Positions 19,581 to 29,691 of a DNA stretch of 64,000 bases are shown here, piece after piece. The translations under genes were made by a program, and so were the position numbers. The stretch is from an uncultured delta proteobacterium (lineage in GTDB: Bacteria; Desulfobacterota; Desulfomonilia; UBA1062), in assembly GCA_963798485.1 (NCBI GenBank), contig CAWCTR010000008.1:177835-241834 (forward strand). The letters run 5' to 3'. Numbering within the stretch: position 1 is the first letter of the stretch; each line of letters starts with the position of its first letter. Below the pieces are notes generated by a model. That model was not told where the DNA came from. It saw only the letters and a list, made by a program, of their open reading frames with translations, and did no database searches.

Positions 19581-19636
19581 AATATGAGTTACAACTCATA
19601 TTAAACCTTGACAACATGAGCATACATTCATATTAT
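19581..19636 (+). promoter_or_regulatory. TetR operator palindrome and sigma-70 promoter
   Basis: Perfect aatatgagtt-ac-aactcatatt (19581-19602); TTGACA(19608)-17 nt-TATTAT(19631) with an imperfect second operator in the spacer. Confidence 0.75.
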
Positions 19637-19752
19637 ACTACAGATAACGATGTGATCTGACAGATTACCCCTTGATTGGGGCAGCCTTTAAGTCATGATC
19701 AGGCATTTAATTGTTGTGGACATCGCCATTATGAATCAGGAAAGCACAGGAG

Positions 19753-20739
19753 GTGGTGATGAAGGCATTAGTCACAGGGGCAACAGGATTCATCGGTTCG
19801 GTCCTTACCCGGGAGCTCTTGAAGCAGGGCAACCAGGTGAGGGCGCTGGTCCTTCCGAGTGAAAATTCGAGAGCGCTGGAAGGGCTTGGTGTGGAGGTCT
19901 GCCGAGGCGACTTATCCAGGCGGGAAACACTTAAAGGGATCTGTGATGGTGTTGATACCGTGTTTCACCTTGCCGGCCGTGTCACCGATTGGGGTACCAG
20001 GGAACAATTCTACCGTGCCATTTACGATGCCACTCAGCATCTCATGGAAGAGGCTTCAGGCAAGGCCCCGCGGTTTGTGTATATAAGCTCCATTGCAGCC
20101 ATCGGCCTAGGCCGCCACCTGAAGGGCATCAAGGAGACCGATGGCGCCTTCAAATCAGGCATCCCGTATAATGATGCAAAACTCGATGCGGAAAGGCTCG
20201 TGATGAGCTATCACAAGGGTGGCAGGATCGCGTGCACCATCATCCGCCCGGCCAATGTAACCGGCCCGGGGAGTGTCTGGGTGCGTGACATTGTAGAGAA
20301 GATGATGAGCATGCCCATGCCGCTTATCGACCATGGCCGGCACAGTTCCAGCTTTATCTATGTAGACAACCTCGTAGAAGGAATCATCCTGGCAGGGACA
20401 AAAGACATTGCAAAGGGGAAGATCTACCAACTCCGCGATGATTGGGATGTGACGTGGGGGCGGTATATAACCGATCTCGGGGCCTTTATCGGGAAAAAGC
20501 CCATGGGCAGCATCCCCTACTGGCCTGCACGTGTATTGGGGAGTCTTTTCGACCTGGTCTGTACACCGCTCAAGATCCGGCCGCCCGTGTCGCGTATGTC
20601 AATCGAGATTACCGGCAGGGACAACGATGTCGACAACTCCCGGGCCAAGCAGGAGCTGGGCTGGAAGACAACGATTCCCTACCCTGAGGCGATGGAGCGG
20701 ATCGGGGCCTGGGTGAGGCAGACCTACCCACACAGATAA
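19753..20739 (+). CDS. NAD-dependent epimerase/dehydratase (extended SDR, 3-beta-HSD-like)
   Basis: VTGATGFIG, VFHLAG, YNDAK (YxxxK), IRPANV.GPG. Confidence 0.9.
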   Translation: MVMKALVTGATGFIGSVLTRELLKQGNQVRALVLPSENSRALEGLGVEVCRGDLSRRETLKGICDGVDTVFHLAGRVTDWGTREQFYRAIYDATQHLMEEASGKAPRFVYISSIAAIGLGRHLKGIKETDGAFKSGIPYNDAKLDAERLVMSYHKGGRIACTIIRPANVTGPGSVWVRDIVEKMMSMPMPLIDHGRHSSSFIYVDNLVEGIILAGTKDIAKGKIYQLRDDWDVTWGRYITDLGAFIGKKPMGSIPYWPARVLGSLFDLVCTPLKIRPPVSRMSIEITGRDNDVDNSRAKQELGWKTTIPYPEAMERIGAWVRQTYPHR

Positions 20740-20833
20740 GAATAAGGTATTACGCTGCTGAGAAGCTTGAGCAGGATCATCAGGCGTGGTGTTTTACCTT
20801 GGTTATCACCTATAACGATCAAGGAGGTTATGC

Positions 20834-21190
20834 ATGAAATTGTCGTTTCTCCTGTTTGTGTTATACCTGAAGCTCGCTAGGGCCGCCAAGACGAACAAGG
20901 CCTTCCAGAACTACATAGGCGCCCTACAGCTCAGGTTTCTCATCAAGACCGCTGATGGGAAAAGGGGCAGGCTGTTCATCTTTGACAAGGGCAAGGTATC
21001 GTCGCTTAAAGGCGCACATCACAAGAGCGATGCAGCCCTCGTGTGGGCTGATCCCAATACCGCCTTCAAGGTGATGATATCAGGCAGCGATGAGGCCTCA
21101 TTCCTGGCCGCTGCCGACGGCAAGCTCAAGGTAGAGGGGATGGCCTACTATGTCCAGTGGTTTAATGACGCTGTGAAGATCATCATGTAG
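20834..21190 (+). CDS. SCP2 (sterol carrier)-like protein
   Basis: 118 aa ending AAADGKLKVEG, typical of the SCP2 C-terminus. Confidence 0.6.
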   Translation: MKLSFLLFVLYLKLARAAKTNKAFQNYIGALQLRFLIKTADGKRGRLFIFDKGKVSSLKGAHHKSDAALVWADPNTAFKVMISGSDEASFLAAADGKLKVEGMAYYVQWFNDAVKIIM

Positions 21191-21281
21191 ACGCTTGTAA
21201 GCGCTGCACATCCGACAGGCCTATAACGGTTGTTCAGTAAAGGACACGGAAAAGATTAAAATCATTTGTGGGGGTATACCT

Positions 21282-22952
21282 ATGGCAATGATACTTGGTG
21301 GTCACCTGGTTGGAAAATATCTGAAGGAAGTGGAAAAGGTCGATACGGTCTTCTGTCTGTCCGGCGGCCACATAGAGGCAATCCTGGACAGTTTTACGGA
21401 ATACAAGATCCGCGCCATTGATGTTAGGCACGAGCAGGCCGCAGCCATGATGGCCGAGGCATGGTCCATCTACAGCGGCCAGCCGGGCGTATGCCTGGTG
21501 ACTGCAGGGCCGGGTTTCACCAATGCCTTAACCGGCATTGCAAATGCCTACCTGGATAATGCGCCATTGGTCGTACTGTGCGGCAAGCACCCCTTGAGGG
21601 ACGATCTGAAAGGCGCCCTACAGGAGGTAAACCAGATGGACATGGTCAAGCCCATAACCAAATGGGCGGCTACCTGTTATGACACCAAACGGATCCCCGA
21701 ATATCTATCACTCGCCTTCAGGCATGCCGTGGTGGGAAGACCGGGCCCTGTCTTTCTTGAGCTGCCGCCTGATATCCTGAATGTCAAAGTCCCTGAAGAC
21801 AAGGCGCCATTGCCCCCACACAAGACGCACAAGTACACGGTCCACCCGGACGAGTGGGACCTGAAGCAGGCTGCCGATATAATCAATGCTGCAAAGAAAC
21901 CCCTGTTCTTAGGCGGCAGCGGAGTGGGCCTGAGCTGCTGCAGCAGTGCGCTGGGCCAGTTCATCGACAGGGCAGGGCTCCCCTTTATACTCATGAACTT
22001 CGGCAGGGGTGAACTCCCTGACAATCACCCCCTTTCCCTGTGGGATATCGGGAATATCGGGATACAACTGGGTATAACGCAAGCGGATGTGCTCGTTGCC
22101 GCGGGGCTCCGCTTCAACTGGCTCCTGCAATCAGGCGCCATCATCCCTCAAGCCACCAAGGTCATCCGCATCGACATCGACCCTCACGAGATAGACCGGA
22201 ACAGGGTTGCCGAGGTCGGGCTGGTGGGTGATACGACATCGGTGCTTAACCAGTTGCTTCCGCTCGTCAAGAGGGCTGACCACAGTGCCTGGATCAAGAC
22301 GCTGCGCGCTGCGAGCCATGCCTTTATCGAGCCGGAGCTCAAGCTGAGGGAGAAACCAAGTAGCCCTATCCACCCCATCCGCCTGGTGGCGCAGATCCAG
22401 AAGGTTGTGGGCGACGATGCCGTCTATGTCATTGACGGGGGGGATACCCAGTATTTCGGTCTTGTAGGGTTGACATCCAAGGAAAAGGCGGGTGTCGTGG
22501 CCTCGGCTGCAGGGCTGCTCGGCTGCCTTGGCACCGGAATACCTTTCGCAATGGCCGCAAAGCTGGCCCGGCCCGACAAGAAGGTTGTGCTTCTGCAGGG
22601 AGATGGCTCCTTCGGGCTTAACGCCATGGAGTTCGACACCATGGTCCGCCACAACATCCCGGTGGTGTGCGTGGTGAACAATGATACCGCATGGGGTATG
22701 ATCAAGCACAGCCAGGAGCTCTCCATAGGATGCGACCGCCTCCAGTGCGCTGAGCTGGGTGAGCGCCATTATGAGAAGATGGTGGAAGGACTGGGAGGTT
22801 ACGGCGAATTCGTTACCAAGGATGAAGATATCATACCTGCCATCAAAAGGGCCTTTGATTCGGGAAAACCTTCCTGCATAAATGTCATGACCGATCCCAC
22901 AGCTACAAGCCCGGCGACGCCGTTGTTCTATCAGTCGCTCAAGATGGATTGA
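21282..22952 (+). CDS. ThDP-dependent enzyme (acetolactate synthase-like; HACL/ILVBL-type lyase likely)
   Basis: RHEQAA, TAGPGFTN, GDGSFG...NND ThDP-binding motif, GCLGTGIPFA; no small subunit gene nearby. Confidence 0.88.
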   Translation: MAMILGGHLVGKYLKEVEKVDTVFCLSGGHIEAILDSFTEYKIRAIDVRHEQAAAMMAEAWSIYSGQPGVCLVTAGPGFTNALTGIANAYLDNAPLVVLCGKHPLRDDLKGALQEVNQMDMVKPITKWAATCYDTKRIPEYLSLAFRHAVVGRPGPVFLELPPDILNVKVPEDKAPLPPHKTHKYTVHPDEWDLKQAADIINAAKKPLFLGGSGVGLSCCSSALGQFIDRAGLPFILMNFGRGELPDNHPLSLWDIGNIGIQLGITQADVLVAAGLRFNWLLQSGAIIPQATKVIRIDIDPHEIDRNRVAEVGLVGDTTSVLNQLLPLVKRADHSAWIKTLRAASHAFIEPELKLREKPSSPIHPIRLVAQIQKVVGDDAVYVIDGGDTQYFGLVGLTSKEKAGVVASAAGLLGCLGTGIPFAMAAKLARPDKKVVLLQGDGSFGLNAMEFDTMVRHNIPVVCVVNNDTAWGMIKHSQELSIGCDRLQCAELGERHYEKMVEGLGGYGEFVTKDEDIIPAIKRAFDSGKPSCINVMTDPTATSPATPLFYQSLKMD

Positions 22953-22956
22953 TGCC

Positions 22957-24168
22957 ATGAAGGCGCTCATGTTCAACATCACAGTGCCCAACTACCTGGT
23001 TCTACAGGTGCTGGGCAGGCTGAACAGGAAGTATTATTATGACGGCCTGTTCTCCCCGGTAAGGCTTGCTGACGTGGCTGAGCCGGTCTTGCCGAACCAG
23101 GACTGGCTGAAGCTTAAAATCAGGCTCTGCGGCTTCTGCGGGAGCGACCTGAATCTCCTCATGGTGAAGGACTCGCCGATGGCAACGCCCTTCACCTCGT
23201 TCCCCTGCATCTTCGGCCACGAGGTGTATGCCGAGGTGGAAGAAGCCGGAAGCAGGGTATCAGGCTTCAAGAAAGGCGACCGGGTGACCGTGAACCCCGG
23301 CCTTACCTGCGCGGCCCGGGGTATTTATCCGGTATGCCCTCCTTGTGCAGCCGGAAGGCCCGGCAGCTGCGAGAGATATGCAGAAGGGCCATTCGCGCCC
23401 GGCATGTTCGCCGGTATCTGCAAGGACATAGGCGGGGGGTTTGCAGAATACATGGTTGTGCATAAGTCCCAAGTCTTCAAGGTGCCGGACATGGTGAGCA
23501 ACGAATCGGCAGCCCTCACCGAGCCGCTGGCTGTGGGCCTGCAGGCCGTGCTCGACAACAGGCCCCAGGAAACGGAGAGGGTCCTGGTTATCGGCGGCGG
23601 CGTGATCGGTTGTATGGTAGTCAAGGCCATCCGGGGTCTGGGCATAGGCTGCTCCATCACCGTGGCAGAGCCGTCTGTCTTTGTGGCTGATTATGTGAAG
23701 AGATCAGGGGCGGACCACGTGGTTTCAGGGGGCATAATCGATGCTGCGGTAAGGATCACCGGTGCAAGGCCCTACAAGCCCATGCTCGGAGAGCGCATCG
23801 TCCAGGGTGGGTTCGACCGGGTGTTCGATACCGTGGGCCATTCACCTACCCTGCAGAAAGCACTCATCGTCACCCGTGGCGGTGGGACCGTGAGCCTGGT
23901 GGGAATCGGCAATATTGTGCGCTTCGACCCAACGCCCCTGTGGCTAAAGCTTCTGACATTAAAAGGCTGCTACGGCTACGGCTACAACCAGACCGAAGCA
24001 GGCCCCAGGCACGCCTTCGAAATCGCGCTCGATCTCATGGAGAGCAAGAAGATCCACGTGGAGGATATGCTCACCCACACCTTTGCCATCGAGGAGTACC
24101 AGGAACTCATCAGGATCAATATGAGCAAGGGGGCTCACCAGGCCATCAAGACGGCTGTCAGGTTTTAA
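22957..24168 (+). CDS. Zn-dependent medium-chain alcohol dehydrogenase
   Basis: CGSD, GHE, Cys cluster, GGGVIG. Confidence 0.9.
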   Translation: MKALMFNITVPNYLVLQVLGRLNRKYYYDGLFSPVRLADVAEPVLPNQDWLKLKIRLCGFCGSDLNLLMVKDSPMATPFTSFPCIFGHEVYAEVEEAGSRVSGFKKGDRVTVNPGLTCAARGIYPVCPPCAAGRPGSCERYAEGPFAPGMFAGICKDIGGGFAEYMVVHKSQVFKVPDMVSNESAALTEPLAVGLQAVLDNRPQETERVLVIGGGVIGCMVVKAIRGLGIGCSITVAEPSVFVADYVKRSGADHVVSGGIIDAAVRITGARPYKPMLGERIVQGGFDRVFDTVGHSPTLQKALIVTRGGGTVSLVGIGNIVRFDPTPLWLKLLTLKGCYGYGYNQTEAGPRHAFEIALDLMESKKIHVEDMLTHTFAIEEYQELIRINMSKGAHQAIKTAVRF

Positions 24169-24200
24169 GATCCTCAATCCCCGATTCAATGCTGTCTGAT

Positions 24201-24247
24201 GTTGCCGGAGGCTGAACCCATATCAGCCTCCGGCGACTATTTATTTT
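24201..24247 (+). terminator. Hairpin / probable terminator
   Basis: gttgccggaggctga...tcagcctccggcgac followed by a T-rich tract. Confidence 0.6.
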
Positions 24248-24527
24248 GTTCATCATTTTAATACGGCCAATTCCAATTCTCTCGACGGAACAGTCACGAC
24301 TGTTCCCTACAAAAGAATCCCTCCTGTTTCCTTTTTCAAAGGAAAGGACCTGTAAACACTATTCGATGCTAAGGGCGCGAAGATGATCGCAGAAATCTTC
24401 AGCGGACATTTTTGGATTCCTTAACCCGGTCAGAGATTTCAAGAGGATTCTTTTCTTCGTGTCCTTCATACCACTATCCATCATTTTTCATTTTCTTGTT
24501 TTTTGTGCATCATTTTCATGCAAACAC

Positions 24528-24636
24528 CAGTAGGTTGGGTTGAACTTGTGAAACCCAACAACGAGACTTAAAATAGCATCCATTCAAATATTCAGATCTT
24601 GATGTGTTGGGTTTCGTTCCTCAACCCAACCTACTG
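24528..24636. repeat. GTAG-family REP doublet (REPIN-like)
   Basis: cagtaggttgggttga..aaacccaaca and its inverted copy tgttgggttt..tcaacccaacctactg. Confidence 0.75.
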
Positions 24637-24955
24637 ACTGACTGTTTCGCAGTACACAGGAACCCACCGGTCGATGGGTATCAATGAGTTTAACACATGC
24701 AGTGGACAGAGCAAAAGGTCCCCTCTCCCTCGATGGGAGAGGGGGTTTATGGGCACAGCCTGGAGGATGCCTGCGGCTGTGCTGCGCTAAGTTCTTCGTG
24801 TTGAAACCCCCCTATGTCTACTTGAACCTCTTGCCCAATTGCAAACCCACTTGCAAGGTATAAACATTTTCGATATGACAAGAAGGGGAACAGGTTTTTC
24901 CTGTAATGGTGTATCTTGCTCATGTATTGAGCAAAAAGGAGATGTTGAAGGGTTC

Positions 24956-26452
24956 ATGAGCGATACCATCTTTTCCTTTTTCAAAAGCTTCCGGGTCCAG
25001 GACGTCTTCGATATCCTTATCATTACGTCATTGATCTATATGACCCTTATCTGGTTCAAGAACACCGCATCGCGCCTTGTACTGGTGGGTATAACCCTTT
25101 TAGGCGGAGTCTATATTCTGGCCCGGATCTTTAACCTCTATCTTACCACCCTTGTTCTCCAGGGTTTCTTTACCATCCTCATCTTTGCCCTTGTAGTCAT
25201 TTTTCAGGAGGATATCAGGAGGTTTTTTGAACGTCTCGCCACCTTGAGAAACATGGGTAAATCCAGCAGAAAAGCCGATGGATCTTATGAGAAGACCGTA
25301 GAGGCCATTTCTGAAAGCGTAGCGGAATTCACATCGAAAAAGACCGGGTCCCTTATTGTCATCCAGGGAGAAGACCCGCTCGACAGGCATATCAAGGGCG
25401 GTTACCAGATCAAGGGTGATATATCAAAGCCGTTGTTGGAAAGCATTTTCGATGTCCATTCCCACGGGCATGACGGGGCAGTCATTATTAATAATAATAA
25501 GATCTTAAAATTCGGGTGTCACCTCCCGCTCTCCCCAAGCTCAGAGAGATTCGGAGATTTCGGCCTGCGCCATACAGCCGCGCTCGGGCTTTGCGAACTC
25601 ACGGATGCCCTGTGCATTGTGGTCTCTGAAGAGCGGGGGACCATTATGGTAGCCCAGGATGGTAAGACCACGTATCTGAAGAATGCCGTTGAGCTTAGGA
25701 CCCTCATGGAGAGGTATTTCGAGACGAAGATTGATGCACGCTCAAAGATCCTCACCAAGAAGAGGTTCCGGCAAAACACCATGGAAAAGGCCATTGCCAT
25801 CGTTCTTGCGCTGGGTCTCTGGTTTGTATTCGGACACCAGAAAGAGTCGGTGCAGCGGGATTATATCGTCCCCATCGAATACCGCAAGGTCTCCCAGGAT
25901 TGGGAGATCGAGGAATCGAGGGCAACGCAGGCAACAGTCACCCTGATGGGCTCATCCCAGGCCTTCAGCCTCTTTGACCCGAATTCCATCAAGGCATCTA
26001 TCGATCTTTCATCAATCGTTGAAGGCAGACAGGCCATTATGCTTTCTTCAGATATGGTGAACATCCCTTCAAACATAACGGTTGTGAAATTCAAGCCAGA
26101 TAGGATTTTAATCGCAGCCCATAGACTTTACCCACGTGAGGTGAGGATCTTCATAGATACATCCGGCCACTTGCCGGTCGGGTATGATATCAGGAAGATG
26201 ACTGTCGAACCGGAAACCATTGTTGTTCGCGCGCCGTTCTCTCTTACCGGCAACAAGATCTATATTACCACCGAGCCCATAGACCTTTCGGAGATTACTG
26301 CATCACAGACAATGAATATGAGGCTCGTGTATCCCAACAGGATACGATTTAAGAATAACCAGGCACCCTTAGTAAAGGTGACTCTAGAGGTAGCAAGGGC
26401 TCAAGCAGGTGGAGAATTGGGAGGTAATCAGGGCACAGGGTCAAGGCACTAA
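24956..26452 (+). CDS. cdaA: Diadenylate cyclase (CdaA/DisA_N) fused to YbbR-like domains
   Basis: Three N-terminal TM helices, VIFQEDIRRF, HDGA and RHTAA catalytic motifs, then a TM helix and YbbR-like beta domains. Confidence 0.88.
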   Translation: MSDTIFSFFKSFRVQDVFDILIITSLIYMTLIWFKNTASRLVLVGITLLGGVYILARIFNLYLTTLVLQGFFTILIFALVVIFQEDIRRFFERLATLRNMGKSSRKADGSYEKTVEAISESVAEFTSKKTGSLIVIQGEDPLDRHIKGGYQIKGDISKPLLESIFDVHSHGHDGAVIINNNKILKFGCHLPLSPSSERFGDFGLRHTAALGLCELTDALCIVVSEERGTIMVAQDGKTTYLKNAVELRTLMERYFETKIDARSKILTKKRFRQNTMEKAIAIVLALGLWFVFGHQKESVQRDYIVPIEYRKVSQDWEIEESRATQATVTLMGSSQAFSLFDPNSIKASIDLSSIVEGRQAIMLSSDMVNIPSNITVVKFKPDRILIAAHRLYPREVRIFIDTSGHLPVGYDIRKMTVEPETIVVRAPFSLTGNKIYITTEPIDLSEITASQTMNMRLVYPNRIRFKNNQAPLVKVTLEVARAQAGGELGGNQGTGSRH

Positions 26453-26575
26453 ACACCCATGGCGTACAACAACACCCACCGCTTAGATAGCGGTTAGATA
26501 GCGGTGCCGGACCTATCAGCATCAGAAGAGGAGATCACCCCGCCGGGATATAAACCCCAAGGGAACTGAGTAGAT

Positions 26576-26836
26576 TTATCCGGCGATAAGATAGACGTCG
26601 TCGCCGACCCTGGTCTTGTCCTTCACCTTGATGCCGATGAGATCTCCGGCCTTGGCCTCTATTACGGACTTGTTGTCGATCTGCATGGAATCGATGTTCT
26701 CTTCAAAGTTCGTGGTTGCCCCCTCGATGGAGATCTTTTCCCCGACCTTGAGTGTGTCACTGAGCTGGATGCCGGCGACATTGATCTTATTGAAAAAGTG
26801 GGTCACTTTCCCGATCAGCTTCTTTTCATCAGCCAT
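26576..26836 (-). CDS. Small EF-Tu domain II-like beta-barrel protein (U32 C-terminal-like)
   Basis: IGKVTHFF.KINVA...LKVG...SMQID...A.AGD.IGIKV. Confidence 0.8.
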   Translation of the reverse strand: MADEKKLIGKVTHFFNKINVAGIQLSDTLKVGEKISIEGATTNFEENIDSMQIDNKSVIEAKAGDLIGIKVKDKTRVGDDVYLIAG

Positions 26837-27071
26837 ATATGCACCTCCTCATATATGCTTGCTATTATACGGCTAGTGCCCCGGTGATCTCAAGGAGAAA
26901 ATAGCCTGTGATCACAAATAGATCAGTCGTTCGTTTGCAGACGTAACCCATATGAATACCTATTCGTGGGTCATACGGTAAAAGGCCATACCCATACTTC
27001 CCATTGCAATTTTATAGAGATTGAATAAAAGAGATTGAATAAAATATATTAATATTACTAATGGGGGAACT

Positions 27072-29090
27072 ATGTCATACCGGGATGATACACTCTGCGG
27101 GCTTTTTCACAACCAGGCGCTGAAGTATGGAGAAGATCGTGTCTTTTTAATGGGTAAATACGATGAGTATGGAAAGCCCATTCAATCATTCCGGAAGATA
27201 TCATGGAGACAAACGAGGAGACAGGTCCTGGACCTTGCCAGGGGGCTTGCCGCGCTGGGCTTGAACAAGGGTGATCGATGTGTCATCTTTGCCGAGAGCA
27301 GGCCGGAATGGATCATAGCCGACCAGGCAATCCAGGCATGCGGTGCGACCGGGGTGCCTCTCTATCCCACCCTGAGCAGGGATGACCTCTTGTTCATGGT
27401 CATAGACAGCGAATCAAAGATGGCCATTGTATCCAACTGTGCCAAGGCTGATGAGTTCCTCAGTCTCAGGGACCGGCATGAAGGGCTCAAGTCCACGCCG
27501 GTCATCTCCATGGAGGAATGGGAAGGGGCTCGGAGAGAAAATGTTTACAGCTTCATGGACATCATGCAGATGGGCAGGGAAAAGGTAGCGGCCGAAGAGA
27601 TAGAATCACGTATAAAGTCCGTCACCCCTGATACGATCGCTGCCATTATCTATACCTCGGGCACCACGGGCAGATCCAAAGGAGTCGTGCTTACCCAGTC
27701 AAATTTCGTATCCAACATCCATCAGGCATCCAATTCCGAGCTTACGGTGCGCATGAAGAAAAAGGATGTCCATCTTACCGCCTTGGTGCATCTGCCCCTA
27801 TGCCATGTTATGGGCCGCTCGAGTGATTACCATTTGATCGGGCTCTACCTGGGGGGCACCCTTGCCTTTGCAGAGAGTTATAAGGCCATAGCCAAGAACC
27901 TGCTGGAGGTCAGACCGAATGTAATCACCTCCATCCCCATGTTTTATGAGAAGACCTATGAGACCATCAATGCAATTATTGCCAAGCAGAAATCGATCTA
28001 TCAGAAACTGTTCAAATGGGCCCTCGGCAAGGGTGAGATATACACGGATGCCATGGCAAGCGGGAAAAGGATATCCCAGTTGGACCTCACGGGCTTTGGG
28101 ATCGCCAACATGCTTGTGTTTGACCGGATGAAAAAGATGATGGGCATGGACAGGCTTGTAGTAGCGATCTCCGGCGGGGGCAAGCTCTCGAAAGAGGTGT
28201 GTGTATTCTTCCGGTCCTTGAATATCCAGCTCAATGAGGGGTACGGCCTCACCGAGACGAGCCCGGTGATCAATTTCAACGAACCGGAGATCCTGGACTC
28301 TGTCCAACATGGAAGGCTCTATCAGTGGTTCTTTGATAAGATCATGAATATGGTGTTGGACCTCTTGGTGGTCAAGCAATCTCAAGGAATCTCTCCCTAC
28401 GCAAATCCTTTATCTGCAGCCAAGCTCGGAGTCTGCTACTCCACAATTGTTTATAAACTCAGGGTGAAGCCCGGCACCGTGGGCAGGCCGGTGGCCTTGA
28501 CCGAAGAAAAGATCGCTGAAGATGGCGAGATCCTGGTAAAGGGGCCCCAGGTGTTCAAGGAATACTGGAAGATGCCTGATGCCACCAAGGCGGCCTTTAC
28601 CGAAGACGGCTTCTTCATGACCGGTGACATCGGGCACTTTGACAGCGAGGGGTTCCTGCTCATTACAGACCGCAAAAAGGACCTGTTCGTCAGCTCGGGC
28701 GGCAAGAATATCGCGCCGCATCCCATTGAGGTGGCGCTCCAGGCGCGGTCGTATATCGAACAGGCCTGCCTTGTGGGTGACGGCAGGAAGTACCTCACGG
28801 CGCTCATAGTGCCTGATTTCAAGAGCCTGTCGAGCTATGCCAAGAAGACCGGCATCACCTTTACCGACAACAACGCACTCGTGAGCAGCCCGGAGATACA
28901 ATCCCTCATCAAGGCCGAGGTGGATGAGGTGAACAAGACCCTGGCCCATTACCAGCAGGTCAGCTATTTCGAGTTGCTGGATGCCCCCTTCAGCGAAGAG
29001 ACGGGTGAGCTTACCCCAACCATGAAGGTTAAGCGCAAGGTGGTTCTGGATAAGTACAAAGACAGGATCGAGAAGATGTACCAGAAGTGA
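27072..29090 (+). CDS. Long-chain fatty acid-CoA ligase
   Basis: YTSGTTGRSKG, GYGLTETSP, TGDIG, ITDRKKD, ELTPTMKVKR. Confidence 0.92.
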   Translation: MSYRDDTLCGLFHNQALKYGEDRVFLMGKYDEYGKPIQSFRKISWRQTRRQVLDLARGLAALGLNKGDRCVIFAESRPEWIIADQAIQACGATGVPLYPTLSRDDLLFMVIDSESKMAIVSNCAKADEFLSLRDRHEGLKSTPVISMEEWEGARRENVYSFMDIMQMGREKVAAEEIESRIKSVTPDTIAAIIYTSGTTGRSKGVVLTQSNFVSNIHQASNSELTVRMKKKDVHLTALVHLPLCHVMGRSSDYHLIGLYLGGTLAFAESYKAIAKNLLEVRPNVITSIPMFYEKTYETINAIIAKQKSIYQKLFKWALGKGEIYTDAMASGKRISQLDLTGFGIANMLVFDRMKKMMGMDRLVVAISGGGKLSKEVCVFFRSLNIQLNEGYGLTETSPVINFNEPEILDSVQHGRLYQWFFDKIMNMVLDLLVVKQSQGISPYANPLSAAKLGVCYSTIVYKLRVKPGTVGRPVALTEEKIAEDGEILVKGPQVFKEYWKMPDATKAAFTEDGFFMTGDIGHFDSEGFLLITDRKKDLFVSSGGKNIAPHPIEVALQARSYIEQACLVGDGRKYLTALIVPDFKSLSSYAKKTGITFTDNNALVSSPEIQSLIKAEVDEVNKTLAHYQQVSYFELLDAPFSEETGELTPTMKVKRKVVLDKYKDRIEKMYQK

Positions 29091-29127
29091 TGCCCTGTAT
29101 GAACAATCTGATCAGGGGTGTGCAGAA

Positions 29128-29691
29128 TCAGATCTTCCGAATGCCCCCGGTCGACTCATAGATAAGCAGGTGTGCAAAGGCCGCCACCACCAGGCCGTGC
29201 GTGATCTTTTGCACCTGGATCATCCGATAGATATCTTCTTTTTTATTCAGTTCCACCCTGATGGCCTCCGTGGGGTCCAGCATCTGGCCTGATGCCTGAT
29301 AACAGTTCCTGGCCAGGTATGAAAAGCACCGGTTGGTCTGCAGGGCCGGATTCGGTTCCACCGTGCCGATGTGCACCACATCGGTACTGATGTACCCGGT
29401 CTCCTCGGTCATCTCGCGCACCGCGGCCTCCATGGGGCTCGAATCAGTTTCGGAAATGAGGCCGCCCGGGATCTCCAGGGTGTCTCTCCTGACCCCGTGG
29501 CGGTACTGGCGGATCGTCACCACGTAACCGTCATCGGTGATGGGGATGATGTTCACCCAGTCCTGGAGCTCGAAGACCGTGAAGTCCTTGATGATGTTAT
29601 TGGGCAGGAAGTGGTATTTGTCCTGGCGGACATTTACAAGCCGGTTCTTGAACACGGTCTTGGAATAGAGATAGTTCCAGTCCTTCTTCAT
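29128..29691 (-). CDS. Nudix hydrolase (ADP-ribose pyrophosphatase-like)
   Basis: RQYR..LEIPGG...AAVREMTEETG Nudix box. Confidence 0.92.
   Translation of the reverse strand: MKKDWNYLYSKTVFKNRLVNVRQDKYHFLPNNIIKDFTVFELQDWVNIIPITDDGYVVTIRQYRHGVRRDTLEIPGGLISETDSSPMEAAVREMTEETGYISTDVVHIGTVEPNPALQTNRCFSYLARNCYQASGQMLDPTEAIRVELNKKEDIYRMIQVQKITHGLVVAAFAHLLIYESTGGIRKI

Noticed and set aside
21282-22952. Calling this gene ilvB (biosynthetic AHAS)
   Set aside because: No regulatory subunit or ilv context; the surroundings look catabolic, so no symbol was assigned.
26483-27045. Short tandem duplications (ttagatagcgg x2 at ~26483; agagattgaataaa x2 at ~27016)
   Set aside because: Two-copy slippage-type duplications with no further structure.
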